Of a DNA stretch of 64,000 bases, positions 1-13,009 are shown piece after piece. The stretch is from Mobula hypostoma (Eukaryota), in assembly GCF_963921235.1 (NCBI RefSeq), contig NC_086109.1, forward strand, positions 29,452,001 to 29,516,000, written 5' to 3'. The position numbers and the translations under genes were made by a program. The notes under the pieces are model-generated. The model saw only the letters and a list, made by a program, of their open reading frames with translations. It searched no databases and had not been told where the DNA came from. Every line of letters begins with the position of its first letter. Position 1 is the stretch's first letter.

Positions 1-369
1 ATTGTGACAACCTTCCCCGCCCACCCCATGCGCAACCCTACTGCCTCAGCTTCACCTTCCTGCATTGTAATATCATGTACAATGACTACAGATGATTGAT
101 CTCAGTTCAAATTAAGTCCAGACTAATAAAATGCATCAGCCAGCTGCAAGTATTTTTCTCCTTTTCCTTGCCAATTCTTTTTTTTCCCTTATCTCCCAAA
201 GGCATTAGTATCTTCCCAGAGTTACGTTCCACATGCATTCAAGGTAACATAGCCAAATGGCCGTTAAGAAAAAGCCAGGGACAATTTTGTGCTGCAGATT
301 GCCTGTAGGAATGAGACATAGACTCCATTTTGCAGAGGAATGCTTGCAACCATCTGGTAGAGAATTTTA

Positions 370-1420
370 AATGCAAGAAAGTCTACTGATGCTGGCAATC
401 CAGAGCAGCAATATGATGGAGGATCTCAGTAGGTCAGGCAGCTTCTATGGAAATGAATACAGTCCACATTTCAGGCTGAGATCTCCATCTGGACTAGAAA
501 TGAACGGGGAAGATGCCAGAATATGAAGGGGAGGGGAGAAGAAGGAAGGACAAGCTAGAAGGTGATAGGTGAAGCCAGGTGAGAGGGGAGGGGGGACTGA
601 AGTGTGCTGGGATGTAAAAACAGGAAAAGGAAAAGGGCTGGAGAAAACAGAAACTGATAGGAGAGGAGAGTGGACCATGGGAGAAAGGGAAAGAAGAGGG
701 GCACGAGGGGGAGGTGATTGGTAGGTGGTGAGAAGAGTGGAGAAATTAAAAAGAAGGAGAAAGGGGAAGGGGAAAAAATATACTGGAAGTTGGAGGATTC
801 ATCCATCTGGCAGGAGGCTACCTAGATGGAATATGAGGTGTTGCTCCTCCAACTTGAGAGTGGCTTCATAGTGGCTGAAGAGACAGCCATGGACTGACAT
901 GTCAGAATGGGAATGGGGATAGAATTAAAATTATTAGCTTCCAGGAAACCCACTTTTGCAGATGGAGCAGAGATGTTCAATGAAGCAGATCTCTAATCTA
1001 ATCTGGATCTCACCAATGTAGAGGAGGTCATATCAGGGGAACTGGATGCAGTAGACAACCACTAGAGATTCGCAGGTGAAGTGATGTCTCACCTGGAATG
1101 ACTGTTTGAGTCCCTGAACTGAGTTGAGAGAGGAGGTGAATGGCAGGTGTAGCATTCCGTTGTTTGCAGGGATATGGGGAAATTAGTGGGGAGGGACGAA
1201 TAGACAAAGGAATCTCGGACAGAATTATTCCTACAGAAAGCGAGGGTTGGGGGGAGGTAAAGATGTGTTTGGTGATAGGATCCCTTTGAAGATGGCGGAA
1301 GTTGTGAAGAATGATTTGTTTGATGTGAAGACTCATGACGTGGTAGGTGAGGACAAGAGGAACGCTACCCTGTTAAGCTACTGGAAAGATGGGGTGAGCA
1401 CAGTTGTCCATGAACTGTGA
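370..1420 (-). mobile_element. Penelope-like retroelement 3' fragment (GIY-YIG region and terminal repeat)
   Basis: Minus ORF 1028-1336 HIKQIILHNFRHLQRDPITKHIF; purine-rich spacer; terminal block shared with other copies and containing a degenerate hammerhead motif at ~460-497. Confidence 0.7.
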
Positions 1421-1423
1421 TGC

Positions 1424-3095
1424 AGAATCAGAATCAGTTTTAGTATCATCAGCATATGTCGCGAAATTTGATATCTTAGGGACAGCAGTTCAATGCGATA
1501 CCTGATAAATATATACGAAAATAAAATAAATCAATTACAGTATATATATATATACAGTATACGTGTGTGTGTGTGTGTGTGTGTGTGTGTATTAAATTGT
1601 TATATTGAAAATGTGCAAAAAGAGAAATAATTAAAAAGTGAGATAGTGTTCATGGGTTCAACGTCCATTTAGAAATCAGATGGCAGATGGGAAGAAGGTG
1701 TTCCTGAATCACTGAGTGAGTCCCTTCAGGCTTCTGTATCTCCTTCCTGATGGTACTAATGAGAAGAGAGCATGCCCTGGATGCTGGGGTCCTTAATAAT
1801 AGTCACTGCCTTTCTGAGACATCTCTCCTTGAAGATGTCCTTGGTACTTTGTAGGCTAGTACCCAAGATGGAGCCGACTAAATTTACAACCTTCTGCAGC
1901 TCCTTTCGGTCCTGTGCAGTAGCCTTCTCCCCCCGCCCCCCTTCCATATCAGACAGTGATACAGCCTGTCAGAATGCTGTCCATGGTACATCTATAGAAG
2001 TTCTTGAGTGTATTTGTTGGCATACTGAATTTCTTCAAACTCCTAATGAAGTACAGTTGTTGTCTCGCCTTCTTTATAGCTGCATCGATACATGTTGGTT
2101 AAGATCTCTGAGGACCAGGTTAGGTCCTCGGAGATCTTAACACCCAGGAACTTGAAACTGCTCACTCTCTCCATTTCTGATCCCTATCTGAGGATTGGTA
2201 TGTGTTCCCTCATCTTGCCCTTCCTGAAGTCCACAATCAGCTCTTTCATCTTACTGAAGTTGAGTGCAATGTTATTGCTGCGACACCACTCCACTAGTTG
2301 ATATATCTCGCTCCTGTACGCCCCTCATCTCCACCTGCGTGATGGAGGTCCTTGGTAATGGATACCACTGCTCCTTGAGGATGTCTTGGATATTACAGAG
2401 GCTAGTACCCATGATGGAGCTGACTGATTTTACAACACTCTGTAGCTTCTTTCAATGCTGTGCAGTAGCACCCCCCCCCCACCCTCCATATTGGACAGTG
2501 ATGCAGCCTGTCAGAATGCTCACCATGGTACATCTGCGGGAGTTTTTTAGTGTTTTAGGTGACAAACCAAATCTCCTCAAACTCCAAATGTAATATAGCC
2601 TTTCTCATGCTTTCTTTATAGCTGCATTGATATGTTGGGACCAGGTTAGATCCCCAGAGACCTTGACACCCAGGAGCTTAAAATTGCTTACTCTCTTCAC
2701 TTCTCATCCCTCTATGAGGATGATTCAAGTTCCCTCACTTTACTCTTCCTATGTCCACAATTAGCTCTTTGGTCTTCCTGACGTTGAATACAAGGTTGTT
2801 GCTGCGACACCTCTCAACTAGTTGGTTTATCTCACTCCTGTGCACCCTCTGGCCTCCATCTGAGATTACGTCAAAAACAGTTGTATCATCAGCAAATTTA
2901 TAGTTGGCATTTGAGCTGTAACCTAGCCACACTCATGGAGATAGAGAGAGCAGAGCAGTGGTCTAAGCACATACCCCTGAGGTACGCCAGTGTCAATCCT
3001 CTGCGATGAGATGTTATTACCAATCCGCACAGAATGTTGTCCTCTTGTGAGGAAGTTGACGATCCAATTGAAGAGGGAGGTACAGTGGCCCAAAT
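1424..3095 (-). mobile_element. Rex1/Babar-type non-LTR retrotransposon fragments (two partial copies)
   Basis: (GAATCA)n tail at 1424; minus-strand RT motifs YKFADDTTV, GVPQGYVLRPLL, KTKELIVD, CLRKAVTIIKDP. Confidence 0.8.
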
Positions 3096-3564
3096 GAGAT
3101 ACGGATGAGGGTAGTATCAATGGTGGAGGAAAGGAAAGATAGAGAAATATTTCTGATACTTCATTCCTGGCTGGATTGGAATTAACAGTCCCAGAAAAGA
3201 AAAGCTCTGATCCAATGCATTATACATCCGAGTCCATGATACAACATAAGGTAACAGCTGCAATATTAGTTGATTCTGGACATGAGGGGAATTGAAATCT
3301 GATTTCTCATATCTATCTTCTTTTGCCATTTGACCCATTAATCTTTTGGCCTGCTTTTAGAGCATTCCCATCAGTCCTACGTCCCATTTATTTTCCTATA
3401 GCCTCGTCTCTCACTCTCATCACCTGCCCTCCACCACTCCTCCCAATTCTCTTGCCACTTACCAACACTACAGTAACCTACCAATAGGTTTCAAGAATGT
3501 GGAAGGAAACTGAAGATCCCAGGGAAAATCCACATACTAACACAGAGAATATGTGAACGTCTAC

Positions 3565-4550
3565 TCAGGCAGTACCCAAGGTCGCAAAACAAAAGAGCTG
3601 ATTGTGGATTACAGAAGGAATGGAGACAGGTATGGAGTTGAGAGGGTGAGTCGTCTCAAATTCCTAGTATACACATCACCGAAGATCTCACCTGGACTAT
3701 ACACACAGGCTGTGTGGCAAAAAAAGCACAACAGTGTCTCTTCCATCTCAGGCGACTGAAGAACTTAGGCATGAACCCCCAGATCCTCTAAACTTTCTAC
3801 AGGGGCACCACTGAGAGCATCCTGACTGGTTGTATCTCTGCCTGGTTGTTGCAAGGACGTGGCTGGGGACAAACCCAAGTGCAGGACACAGATGCTGAGG
3901 CAGAGTCGTTAGGCGTAGCACCTCCGCGAACGAGGAGCCAATATCCAGGAGACGACGCGAAGCTTAGAACTAACTGTTCTCAGGAATAGGAAACGGTTTA
4001 CTCTCACAAGAGTCGACCAACGAACTGGCGGCTTCTTGCTGTGGGCACAGGGTTTTTATCCTGCCATTTGATGGGAAGCAGGTGCGTGTAGTTAGTGATA
4101 CCTGGGAATGATTACAATCTAAATGAGGTGATCGAGGCCCAAATCTTGAGGCAAATAGCAAGGTGGGGGATTGCCAGATGGGACCATGACACTGGTATGG
4201 GAAACACAGCGCCCTCGGTCGCTGGGCACTGCAGAGAGTTGTAGGGACAATCCAGTGCATCTATGGATGTGAACTTCCTCCATTGAGGACACTTGCAGCA
4301 GCAGGTTCAGAAGGAAGGCCTGTACGAGCATCGGGGACACCAGTCATTCCAATCATAAACTGGTTCAGCTGCTTCCGTCTGGCAAATGGTATCGCAGCAT
4401 TAAAGTCAGGACCAACAGGCTACGGGACAGCTTCTTTCAACAAGCCATTATAAATTCATGTGTTAGTACATTGCGACAGAGTCATAACACAAAGATCTTA
4501 ACTCCCTCTCATTGCGGGATGGATGTAACATTTAAATAAATTCAAAATAA
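3565..4550 (+). mobile_element. Rex1/Babar LINE 3' fragment interrupted by a solo LTR
   Basis: KTKELIVDYRRN...VERVSRLKFL; the sequence resumes after 4191 (CTGGTATGGG...). Confidence 0.7.
3847..4191 (-). mobile_element. Solo LTR, probably Ty3/Gypsy (345 bp)
   Basis: TG...CA termini flanked by the 5-bp TSD CTGGT (3842-3846, 4192-4196); interrupts a Rex1 fragment. Strand and family are inferred. Confidence 0.75.
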
Positions 4551-4564
4551 ACTAGGATTGCTAG

Positions 4565-4790
4565 ACACACAAAATGCTGGAGGAAATCGGCAGGCCAGGC
4601 AGCATCTATGAAAAAGACTAAACAGTTGACATTTTGGGCCGAGATGCTTCATCAATGTCCTAATGAAGGTTCTTGGCCTGAAACATCGACTGTTTACTCT
4701 TTTCTATGGATACTGCCTGGCCTGCTGAGTTCCTCCAGCATTCTGTGTGTATTACTTTGATTTCCAGCATCTGCAGATTTTCTCTTGTCC
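4565..4790. mobile_element. Foldback Penelope-derived element with two head-to-head terminal repeats
   Basis: ACACACAAAATGCTGGAGGAA...GGCAGCATC is inverted relative to GATACTGCCTGGCCTGCTGAGTTCCTCCAGCATTCTGTGTGT; each arm has a mutated hammerhead motif. Confidence 0.75.
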
Positions 4791-5999
4791 AGGATAGTTA
4801 GAGGTGTGTGTCAAAACACTACTTGTTGCTGGAGACAGAGTTCCCCTCAGTCCTCACCTTTCACCTTATGAACCTTCACATCGAGCATATCATTGTTTGT
4901 CTTTTCAGCCAGCTTCAACAACATCCCACCACCAGCCACGTCTTTTTCCTTCCCTTAGCACCACTCCCTACATGATTTCCTGATTCAACCATCTCCCCCA
5001 GACCTCCTGCGCCTTCCCCTGCCCTCACAGGCGGTGTAACACATATACTTATATGCCCATAATAACATGCTACTTTGAGCAAAAAAGTACATCAGCCATT
5101 GGCACACATCTTAGTATCCAAAACAGGTTTCTGCCTCATTGTTTACTTAACTTGATACAATTTCCATGAAGAAATTGATGCATTTTGTATTTGACATACT
5201 GCAGTAATCACTAACTATTCCTGACAGTGGTCACCTTCCCTTCATTGTGCTTAAAATTCTGCTACAACTTCAACAATTTTGATGACTCTCCCTACAACAG
5301 CATCTGCATTCCAAATGATTCTCGATCACAGATAATGTAGACTCAGGCTAAATCTATCCAGTGTTAATACTCTTAAACTTAATTCTGTTGGCCAACTCAT
5401 TTTTTTTTCAGGTCTGACTAATCTTAATAGAATTACTAAAGCTATTCCAAATACACAGATATAGTGAACAAAATCCACACAGAACTGTTGGTAGATGTGC
5501 CCATAATTAGGCAATTCCTGAATTAAACTTGCAGCACAGCACTTGGCTCAGCAAAGACGGGAGAATACATCATGGACTCGATTCACAAATATTCTGGTTT
5601 AATAACTAGCCAATGAGCCTGGATTGGAATCTCAACTGCTATCGGAGCTGCTTGGTCGGTGTAGCTGTGCTTTTCATTCTAGGCTGCTTCAATAGGCTGG
5701 AGGTCAATCTTCCATAAGAAGATTGGGCGAAGGAGCATAATGGAAGAAACAGCAGCGTTCCAAATCGGCAATTAGCCACTTTGGTGTAGCACAAAGCCTA
5801 CTCCATTTGGCCGACAATGACTCCAAAATTTTACAGGCTCGAAAATGAATGCTGCACTTCTAAGGTGATATGTACGAGTACAAAATGGGAATTACTAAGT
5901 TTATATTGTATCTAATTGGATACAGCTACAAAATATAAGATGGTACACAGTGTGTGATGAAATGGTGCCTATTTTGGAGACCTAATTCATGCTTTAGAA

Positions 6000-6460
6000 G
6001 AGGAGCACCTTACATTCCATCTTGGTAGCCTCCAAGCTGATGGCATGAATATCGATTTCTCCTTCCGGTAACTATTTTCCCTCCCCTTCCCTCTTCATCT
6101 ATTCCCCACTCTAGCCTTTTACCTCTTCTCTCCAGCCTGTCGCTTTGCACTGGGTTCCTTTCGGCTTTTCTTTCTCCTACAGTCCTCTCTTATCTCCTAT
6201 CAGATTCCTTCCCCAGCCCTTTACTCTTCCCACCCACCCGGCTTCAGCTATCACCTTCCAGCTAGTCTCCTTCCCCCCTTTCCCACCTTTTAAATTCTGG
6301 TATCTTCCTCCTTTCTTTTCAGTGCCTAAAAAGGATCTCAGCCTGAAACGTCAACTGTTTATTCATTTCCATAGATAGTACCTGACCTGCTGAGTTCCTC
6401 CAGTATTCTGTGTGTGTTGATTTGAATTTCCAGCATCTGCAGACTTTCTTGTGTACTTAA
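6000..6460 (+). mobile_element. Penelope-like element 3' end
   Basis: C-terminal coding remnant HLTFHLGSLQADGMNIDFS, pyrimidine tract, degenerate hammerhead (GAAACGTC at ~6345) and terminal TTCCAGCATCTGCAGA block. Confidence 0.75.
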
Positions 6461-6495
6461 TTATCATGACCTCAGAATCCAGTCTGCTCTAAGTA

Positions 6496-6968
6496 CGAGG
6501 GGTGATTGATAAGTTCATGGCCTAAGGTAGAAGGAGTCAATTTTAGAAAACCTAGCCCATTTATTTTTCCTACATTTACACACTTAGTACAGCGGTCATG
6601 GAGCATAGGATCCCTTCTTTGTAGAAGTCGGCGTTTTGGACCTCCAGAAAGTGGTCCACAGCAGGGGTGATTGAAAAGTTTGTGGCCTAAGGTAGAAGGA
6701 GATGAGTTATTAACTTCAAACTTTCTGCATTTTCACTCAAAGAGTTGAACTACATGTGCATGTAACAAGAGCTGTATAACTCATCTCCTACCTAAGGCCA
6801 CAAACTTATCAATCACTCCTGCTGTGGACCACTTCGACAAAGGGATCCGTATGCTCCACGACCGCTGGACTAAGTGTGTACATGTAGGAGGGGACTATGT
6901 TGAAAAATAAATGTGCTAAGTTTTCTAAAATTAATTCCTTCTACCACAAACATATCAGTCACTCCTCG
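6496..6968. mobile_element. Mariner-derived palindromic MITE
   Basis: TA TSDs (6494-6495, 6969-6970); TIR CGAGGGGTGATTGATAAGTT / AACATATCAGTCACTCCTCG; mariner transposase C-terminus KGIRMLHDRWTKCVHVGGDYVEK* at 6839-6910. Confidence 0.85.
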
Positions 6969-8677
6969 TATGTTGTTTATTACCTCAGCGCATAATAGCA
7001 AGGACCATTTATTTGAGAGACCTGTAGCAAATGAAGACAGTTTGCTCTGATCGAAATGTGACCTGGAAGCTACTGACGTGCTGAAGGAAGCCCTGAACAC
7101 TGTCAGAGATGGAGGACATTTATTGCTGTCCTAAATGCCAGCGGTGTAATGGACAGGAGGAGGAAGTGTTATCTGCTTTCTCTTGAGAGGGAAGTGTTTC
7201 AGGAAGCCATTCCACAAATTTAAAAAGGTTTGTGGAAGTCATGTCAGAGTGTGGGCAAGAAAAGACAGCTCACTCGTCAGACACAGCATCGAAATCCATG
7301 CTTAATGAATGAGCAAAATAGTCCTATATTTCCAAGAGCCCTACAACCCATTCAGACAGGCAGTATCATAGTAAGAGGAGTTTACTAGGAAAGAAACATC
7401 AAGGACATGCAGAAAGTGCCACAAAATGGTGAATGATTGACAAATGCAGTGAAGATTATTGAAGGCAACTTTCATCTCTCAGCAGTCACACCATAAGCAT
7501 AAACTGCTCCCTGCTATATATCCCATCTCCAATCTAAGAATAGCTTCTATCAATCACTCTTTGCATTTATGTACTCCATCAAACTCTCACATACTTGCCA
7601 CTCTCTACCTCAATTCTACATGTCACAAACTGTGCACACACTGGCTATTAAAACATGGAAAGCATATCAATGTAGAAAACTCACTGACTAACTTCCCTCT
7701 CCCTTTCAGCAACAAATGAAGATGTCCCTATTGAGCCCAAGGCTACATAAGTATTGAAAATGATAGTATTTTCATTCATCCCACTAGCTCATTCTATTTT
7801 ATCTTGTGAGTTACAAGCTGCAATTGATGATCCCATCACATCGCTCAACTCCTACCAAATCAGGAGACGTTGAGCGAAAAAGGTCTGGCACCCACATCCT
7901 TCTACTTGGATATTTGCTCTTCACGCTCTCTGGAAGGTAACTTGGAGACAGGATTTACATGAGGTAAGTCACCAGGCATATCAAGCCCACAGTCGAGAAT
8001 AGCAAGAATAATGCCAATTCTGATCCACAGATGAGAACTGTGGTGAGACAGCCAAGAGATACAATTTGATTGACATGCACCACATGATGCTTGCAGTACT
8101 GGAGGCCTGTTGGAAAGATTGCCCCCACATAAATGGGAGTCCAGTGCTAATTTTAAACACACCTAGGGCTATTGGGCCCGGAACATATACTGTTAGGATG
8201 GAAGATTTACTAATATTTGATCCTGATTGAGTTGTCATTTATTTAATTGTCACCTCTATTTTCTTTTAGTTTATCCAATTATCCTTATCAATTTAAAATT
8301 AGCAAAAAATAAACACCTGATAAAGCTCAATTCACCGTCATGACACCAGATTAGCACCAATTTGACACAGCTTTGTCCAGGAAAACGTGGATCTCATTAC
8401 CATACAATTGCACAATGCAAACATTGTCTAGATGAAGTGTGACACAGAAGCTGATTATGGTAATGTGAAATGTTTGTTGGATTGAAGTAAAATGGGCAGT
8501 AAATGCACGCAAAAGTTAGCAATACATACAAACTATACAAACTATTGGAGGGAATCAGGGCTTGCTGGTCTGCGCAGCTTCAAGGACCGGAAGGGCCTAT
8601 TCTGCACTGTATCTCAATAAATAAATTAATTAATTAATAACGCAGCAGGTCAGGCAGCATCTCTTGAAGTTAGTAAG

Positions 8678-8713
8678 CAGTCAACATTTCAGGCCAGGAC
8701 ACTTCATCAGGAA
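8678..8713 (-). ncRNA. Minimal hammerhead ribozyme motif, partly decayed
   Basis: Minus strand TTC-CTGATGA-AGTGTCCTGGCCT-GAA-ATGT-T^GACTG; core intact, stems I and II imperfect. Confidence 0.45.
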
Positions 8714-9334
8714 TGGGTTTTTCCAGTCAAATCAAGTCAAGTCAAGTCGCTTCTTATTGTCATTTTGACCATAAACTGCTGATACAGTACGTATTAAAAA
8801 TGAAACAATGATCCCCCAGGACCACGGTGCTACATGAAACAACACAAAACTACTCTAGACTAAGTGAGACAGCACAAGGCTACACTAGACTATGTAAAAC
8901 AACACAAAACAACATGGTATTATCATGGTATTCAGTTCAATCATACCCTCAGTTCTAATCAATAAGCTCCAAAACCTTCGTCTTTTTACTTGTCTGCAAC
9001 TGGATCCTTGATTTCCTCAACAGGAAACCATGGTCAGTGCAAATCGAAAATAACATCCCCTCTTCCCTGACAATCAACATTGGTGCACCTTAGGGATGCA
9101 TGTTTTGCCCACTGATCTACTCTCTCCACACCCACGACGGTGTGGCTAGGCACAGCTCAAACACCATCTATAAATTTGCCGATGATGAAGTTATTGTTGG
9201 CAGAATTTCAGACGGTGACAAGCAGGCGTACAGGACTTAGATAAAGCAGCTGGCTGATTGGTGTTGGAACAACAATGTTGCACTCAACATCAGTAATACC
9301 AAGGAAATGACTGTGGACTTCGGAAAGGGGAAGT

Positions 9335-10222
9335 CCATAAGACCATAAGACAAAGGAGCAGAAGTCGGCCATTCGGCCCATCGAGTCTGCTCTGCCATTT
9401 TATCATGAGCTGATCCATTCTCCCATTTAGTCCCACTCCCCCGCCCTCTCACCATAACCTTTGATGCCCAGGCTGCTCAGATACCTATCAATCTCTGCCT
9501 TAAATACACCCAATGACTTGGCCTCCACTGCCACCCGTGGTAACAAATTCCATAGATTCACCACCCTCTGGCTAACAAAATTTCTTCTCATCTCTGTTCT
9601 GAATGGGCACTCTTCAATCCTGAAGTCATGCACTCTCGTACTAGACTCCCCCATCATGGGAAACAACTTTGCCACATCCACTCTGTCCATGCCTTTCAAC
9701 ATTCAAAATGTTTCTATGAGGCCTCCGCTCATTCTTCTAAACTCCAAGGAATACAGTCCAAGAGCGGACAAACATTCCTCATATGTTAACCCTCTCATTC
9801 CCGGAATCATTCTAGTGAATCTTCTCTGTATCCTCTCCAATGTCAGCACATCCTTTCTTAAATAAGGAGACCAAAACTGCCCACTGTACTCCAAGTGAGG
9901 TCTCACCAGTGCCTTATAGAGCCTCAACATCACATCCCTGCTCCTATACTCTATTCCTCTAGAAATGAATGCCAAGATTGCATTTGCCTTCTTCACCACC
10001 GACTCAACCTGGAGGTTAACCTTAAGGGTATCCTGTACGAGGACTCCCAAGTCCCGTTGCATCTCAGAACTTTGAATTCTCTCCTCATTTAAATAATAGT
10101 TTGCCTGTTTATTTCTTCTGCCAAAGTGCAAAACCATACACTTACCGACATTCTATTTCATTTGCCACTTCTTTGCCCATTCTTCCAATCTATCCAAGTC
10201 TCTCTGCAGACTCTCTGTTTCT
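9335..10222 (-). mobile_element. CR1 LINE 3' fragment
   Basis: Minus ORFs LYKALVRPHLEYSGQFWSPY...LERIQRRFTRMIPG and FSQRVVNLWN-like motif; (CATAAGA)n tail at 9335. Confidence 0.9.
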
Positions 10223-10535
10223 TGCTCATTATCTTAGATTTATTTCTGTTTTCCCCTTCCTCCGCTCTATCATTCCGGTTCCCATCCCTCTGCCAAATTA
10301 GTTTAAACCCTCCCTAACAGCTCTATTGCCTTCCTTCAGAATTCGCTCCCACGCCGCTCTGCTTATCAAAGGAATACACACCGGTCCTCATCGAGGAATC
10401 AGAAGTGGAAAGGGTCAAGTTCCTGGGTGTCAACAACTCTGAAGATCTATCCTTGGGCTGACATATTGATGCAATTACAAAGATGGCACAATAGTTGGTA
10501 TATTTCAGTAGGTGTTTGAGGAGGCTTGGTATGTT

Positions 10536-11526
10536 ATAGAACATAGGGCATAGAAATTTACAGCACATTACAGGCCTCTTGGTCCACAACGTTGTACCAA
10601 CCATGTAACCTACTCTAGAGACTGCCTAGAATTTCTCTAGCGCATAGCCCTCTATTTTTTTGAGCTCCATGTACCTACCTAAGAGGCTATTAAAAGACCC
10701 TGTTGTATCTGCTTCAACGACTGCTGCAGGCAGTGCATTCCACGCACCCACCACCCTCTGTGTGAAAAACTTACCTCTGACATCCCCTCGGTACTGATAT
10801 CCAAGCACCTTAAAACTATGCCCCCTCATGTTAGTCATTTCAGCCCTGAGATAAAGCCTCTGACTATCCACACAATCAATGCCTCTCATCATCTTATACA
10901 CTTCTATCAGGTCACCTCTCATCCTCCGTCACTCCAAGGAGAAAATGCCAAGTACCCGCAACATATTTTCATAAGGTACGCCCTCCATTCCAGGCAACAT
11001 CCTTGTAAATCTCCTCTGCACTCTCTCTAAACACATCTTTCCTGTAGTGAGGTGACCAGAACTGAACACAGTACTCCAAGTGGAGTCTGACCAAGGTCTT
11101 ATGTGGCTGTAACATTACCTTGCAGCTCTTGAACTCAATGATGAATGCCAACACATCATACACCTTCTTAACAACACTGTCAACCTGTACAGCAGCTTTG
11201 AGTGTCCTATCAACATGGACCCTAAGATTTCTCAAATCTTCCACATTGCCAAGAGTCTTACATTTATATTATATTCTGTCTTCAAATTAGACCTACCAAA
11301 ATAAACCACTTCACATTTATCTGGGTTGAAATCCATCTGCCACTTCTCAACCAGTTCTGCATCCTATTGATATCCCACTGTAACCTCTGACAACCCTCCA
11401 GACTATCCACAACACCCCCAACCTTTGTGTCGTCAGCAAACTTACTAATGCACCCTTCTACTTCTTCATCTAGGTTATCTGTAAACATCACAAAGAGGAG
11501 GGGTCCCAGAACCGATCCCTGCAGAG
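10536..11526 (-). mobile_element. CR1 LINE 3' fragment (second subfamily)
   Basis: QGSVLGPLLF, SKFADDTKVGG, LEYCVQFWSPHY, MRGDLIEVYKMM, FTQRVVGAWNALP; CATAGAA-type tail. Confidence 0.9.
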
Positions 11527-12429
11527 TGTCACCAAAGATGTTCACAGATTTCTGAAGATTTACTGTGGAGAGTATTCTGACTGGTTGGATCTCCATCAGG
11601 AGCAGAGGGGCCATTACACAGGATCAGAATAACCTGCAGAAAGATGTAAACTTGGCTAGCTTCATCATGGGCGCTAGCCTCCCCAGCATTGAGGTTACCT
11701 TCAAAAGTCGATGTCTCAAAAAGGCAACATCCATCATCATGGACCCCCATCGCCAAGGACTTGCTCTCTTCTGATTGCTACCATTAAGGAGTAGGTAACA
11801 GGAACCTGAAGACACACATTCAGTGTTTCAGGAATAGCTTCTTTGCCTCCTCCATTGGTTTTCTGAATGGACAATTAACCCATAAGCACTACCCCTTTAT
11901 TTATTTTTCTCACCCTTTTTCTCCCTCCTTCTTATTTAATTTATTTATATATATATTTCTTATTATCATTTATAGTTATTTTTGCTATGTATTGCAATAT
12001 ACTGCTGCTGCAAAGGAACAAATTTCACAGTATATTCTAGTGATATTAAATCTTACTCTGATTCTGGTTGTAGATAATATATATATGTGAGAGATTAAAT
12101 GAAAGTTGTCCACCTAGATGGTGTAGCTCATATACACTGTGGATCTGAAAGCTGCAGAGAGCAGTGGACTTTGTCCAATACATCACTCTCTGCTACTGGT
12201 GATATCTACAGGAAGCACTGCCTCAAGAATGCACCATCTATCAAAGTTCCCCATCAGTTTGGATGTGCCATCCTTTCACAGCCAAAATCAGTCAAGAGGT
12301 ACGGAAGCCTGAAGTTCCACAGCACCAGGTTCGAGAACAGCTACTTTTCTTCAACCATTCAGTTCTTGAACTAGCAGGCAAAACCCTAGCAATTCCAGTT
12401 TAGCAATTCCATGATGGCTTGGCACTAAA

Positions 12430-12815
12430 ATCCTCCAAGAGAACGACAACCTCCATGGTTTGGAGGCCTGCATATCTTAATGACCCAGAGAGCCATGCCA
12501 GCAAGAGTCAGAGCTTTATACTTTGGCTCTTGGTAGGGTCACCCATGCCAAGCAGGTCAAAGGGTAGAGGCCGGACTAAGAGTGGTCTACCAATCCTCCA
12601 GGTTCGGGGGCTCATCACAGGACTAATAATCCTGTCTGGTGAAACAAAATTGTAGTGGAAACAGCAATGAATGTAATGATTCCTAAGTCTGAACTCAGGA
12701 CTTGCGTGACTAACAGCAGTGAAAACTAAGAAGCTACTGACATGAAGAAGGAAGCCAAGAACATTGCCAGAAATGGAGTGCCTAAACACCAGTGGCATAA
12801 CGGGAAGTAAGTAAG
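12430..12815 (+). mobile_element. Non-autonomous RTE-derived element (5' and 3' ends joined)
   Basis: RTE/Rex3-like 5' motif ATGACCC...TGGTAGGGTCACCCATGCC...CAGGTC and (AAGT)n tail; a related inverted copy lies at 16005-16390. Confidence 0.55.
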
Positions 12816-13009
12816 TTTGCACCAAAATAGACTTTGAATTTTTTTCTTCTATTGGTCATTTTGTTTGTTTATTTATTTATTTGATGATATAATGTGGAGT
12901 AGGCCCTTCCGGTCCTTCGAGTCTTGCTGCCTCAGAAACCATTGAGAAACCTGATCAGCATGAACCTAACCACAGGACAATTTACAATGAACAACTAAAC
13001 TACCCGGTA

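Larger units (their letters stand above)
8920..12070 (+). mobile_element. Rex1/Babar LINE split by two CR1 insertions
   Basis: Collinear RT segments at 8920-9334, 10370-10535 and 11527-12070 (YKFADD, CLKKATSIIMDP), ending in a TCTGATTCTG tail. Confidence 0.75.

Noticed and set aside
4623..4692. Active hammerheads in this foldback copy
   Set aside because: Both cores are mutated (CTAATGA on plus; TTGATGA and loss of GAAA on minus), so they are predicted inactive.
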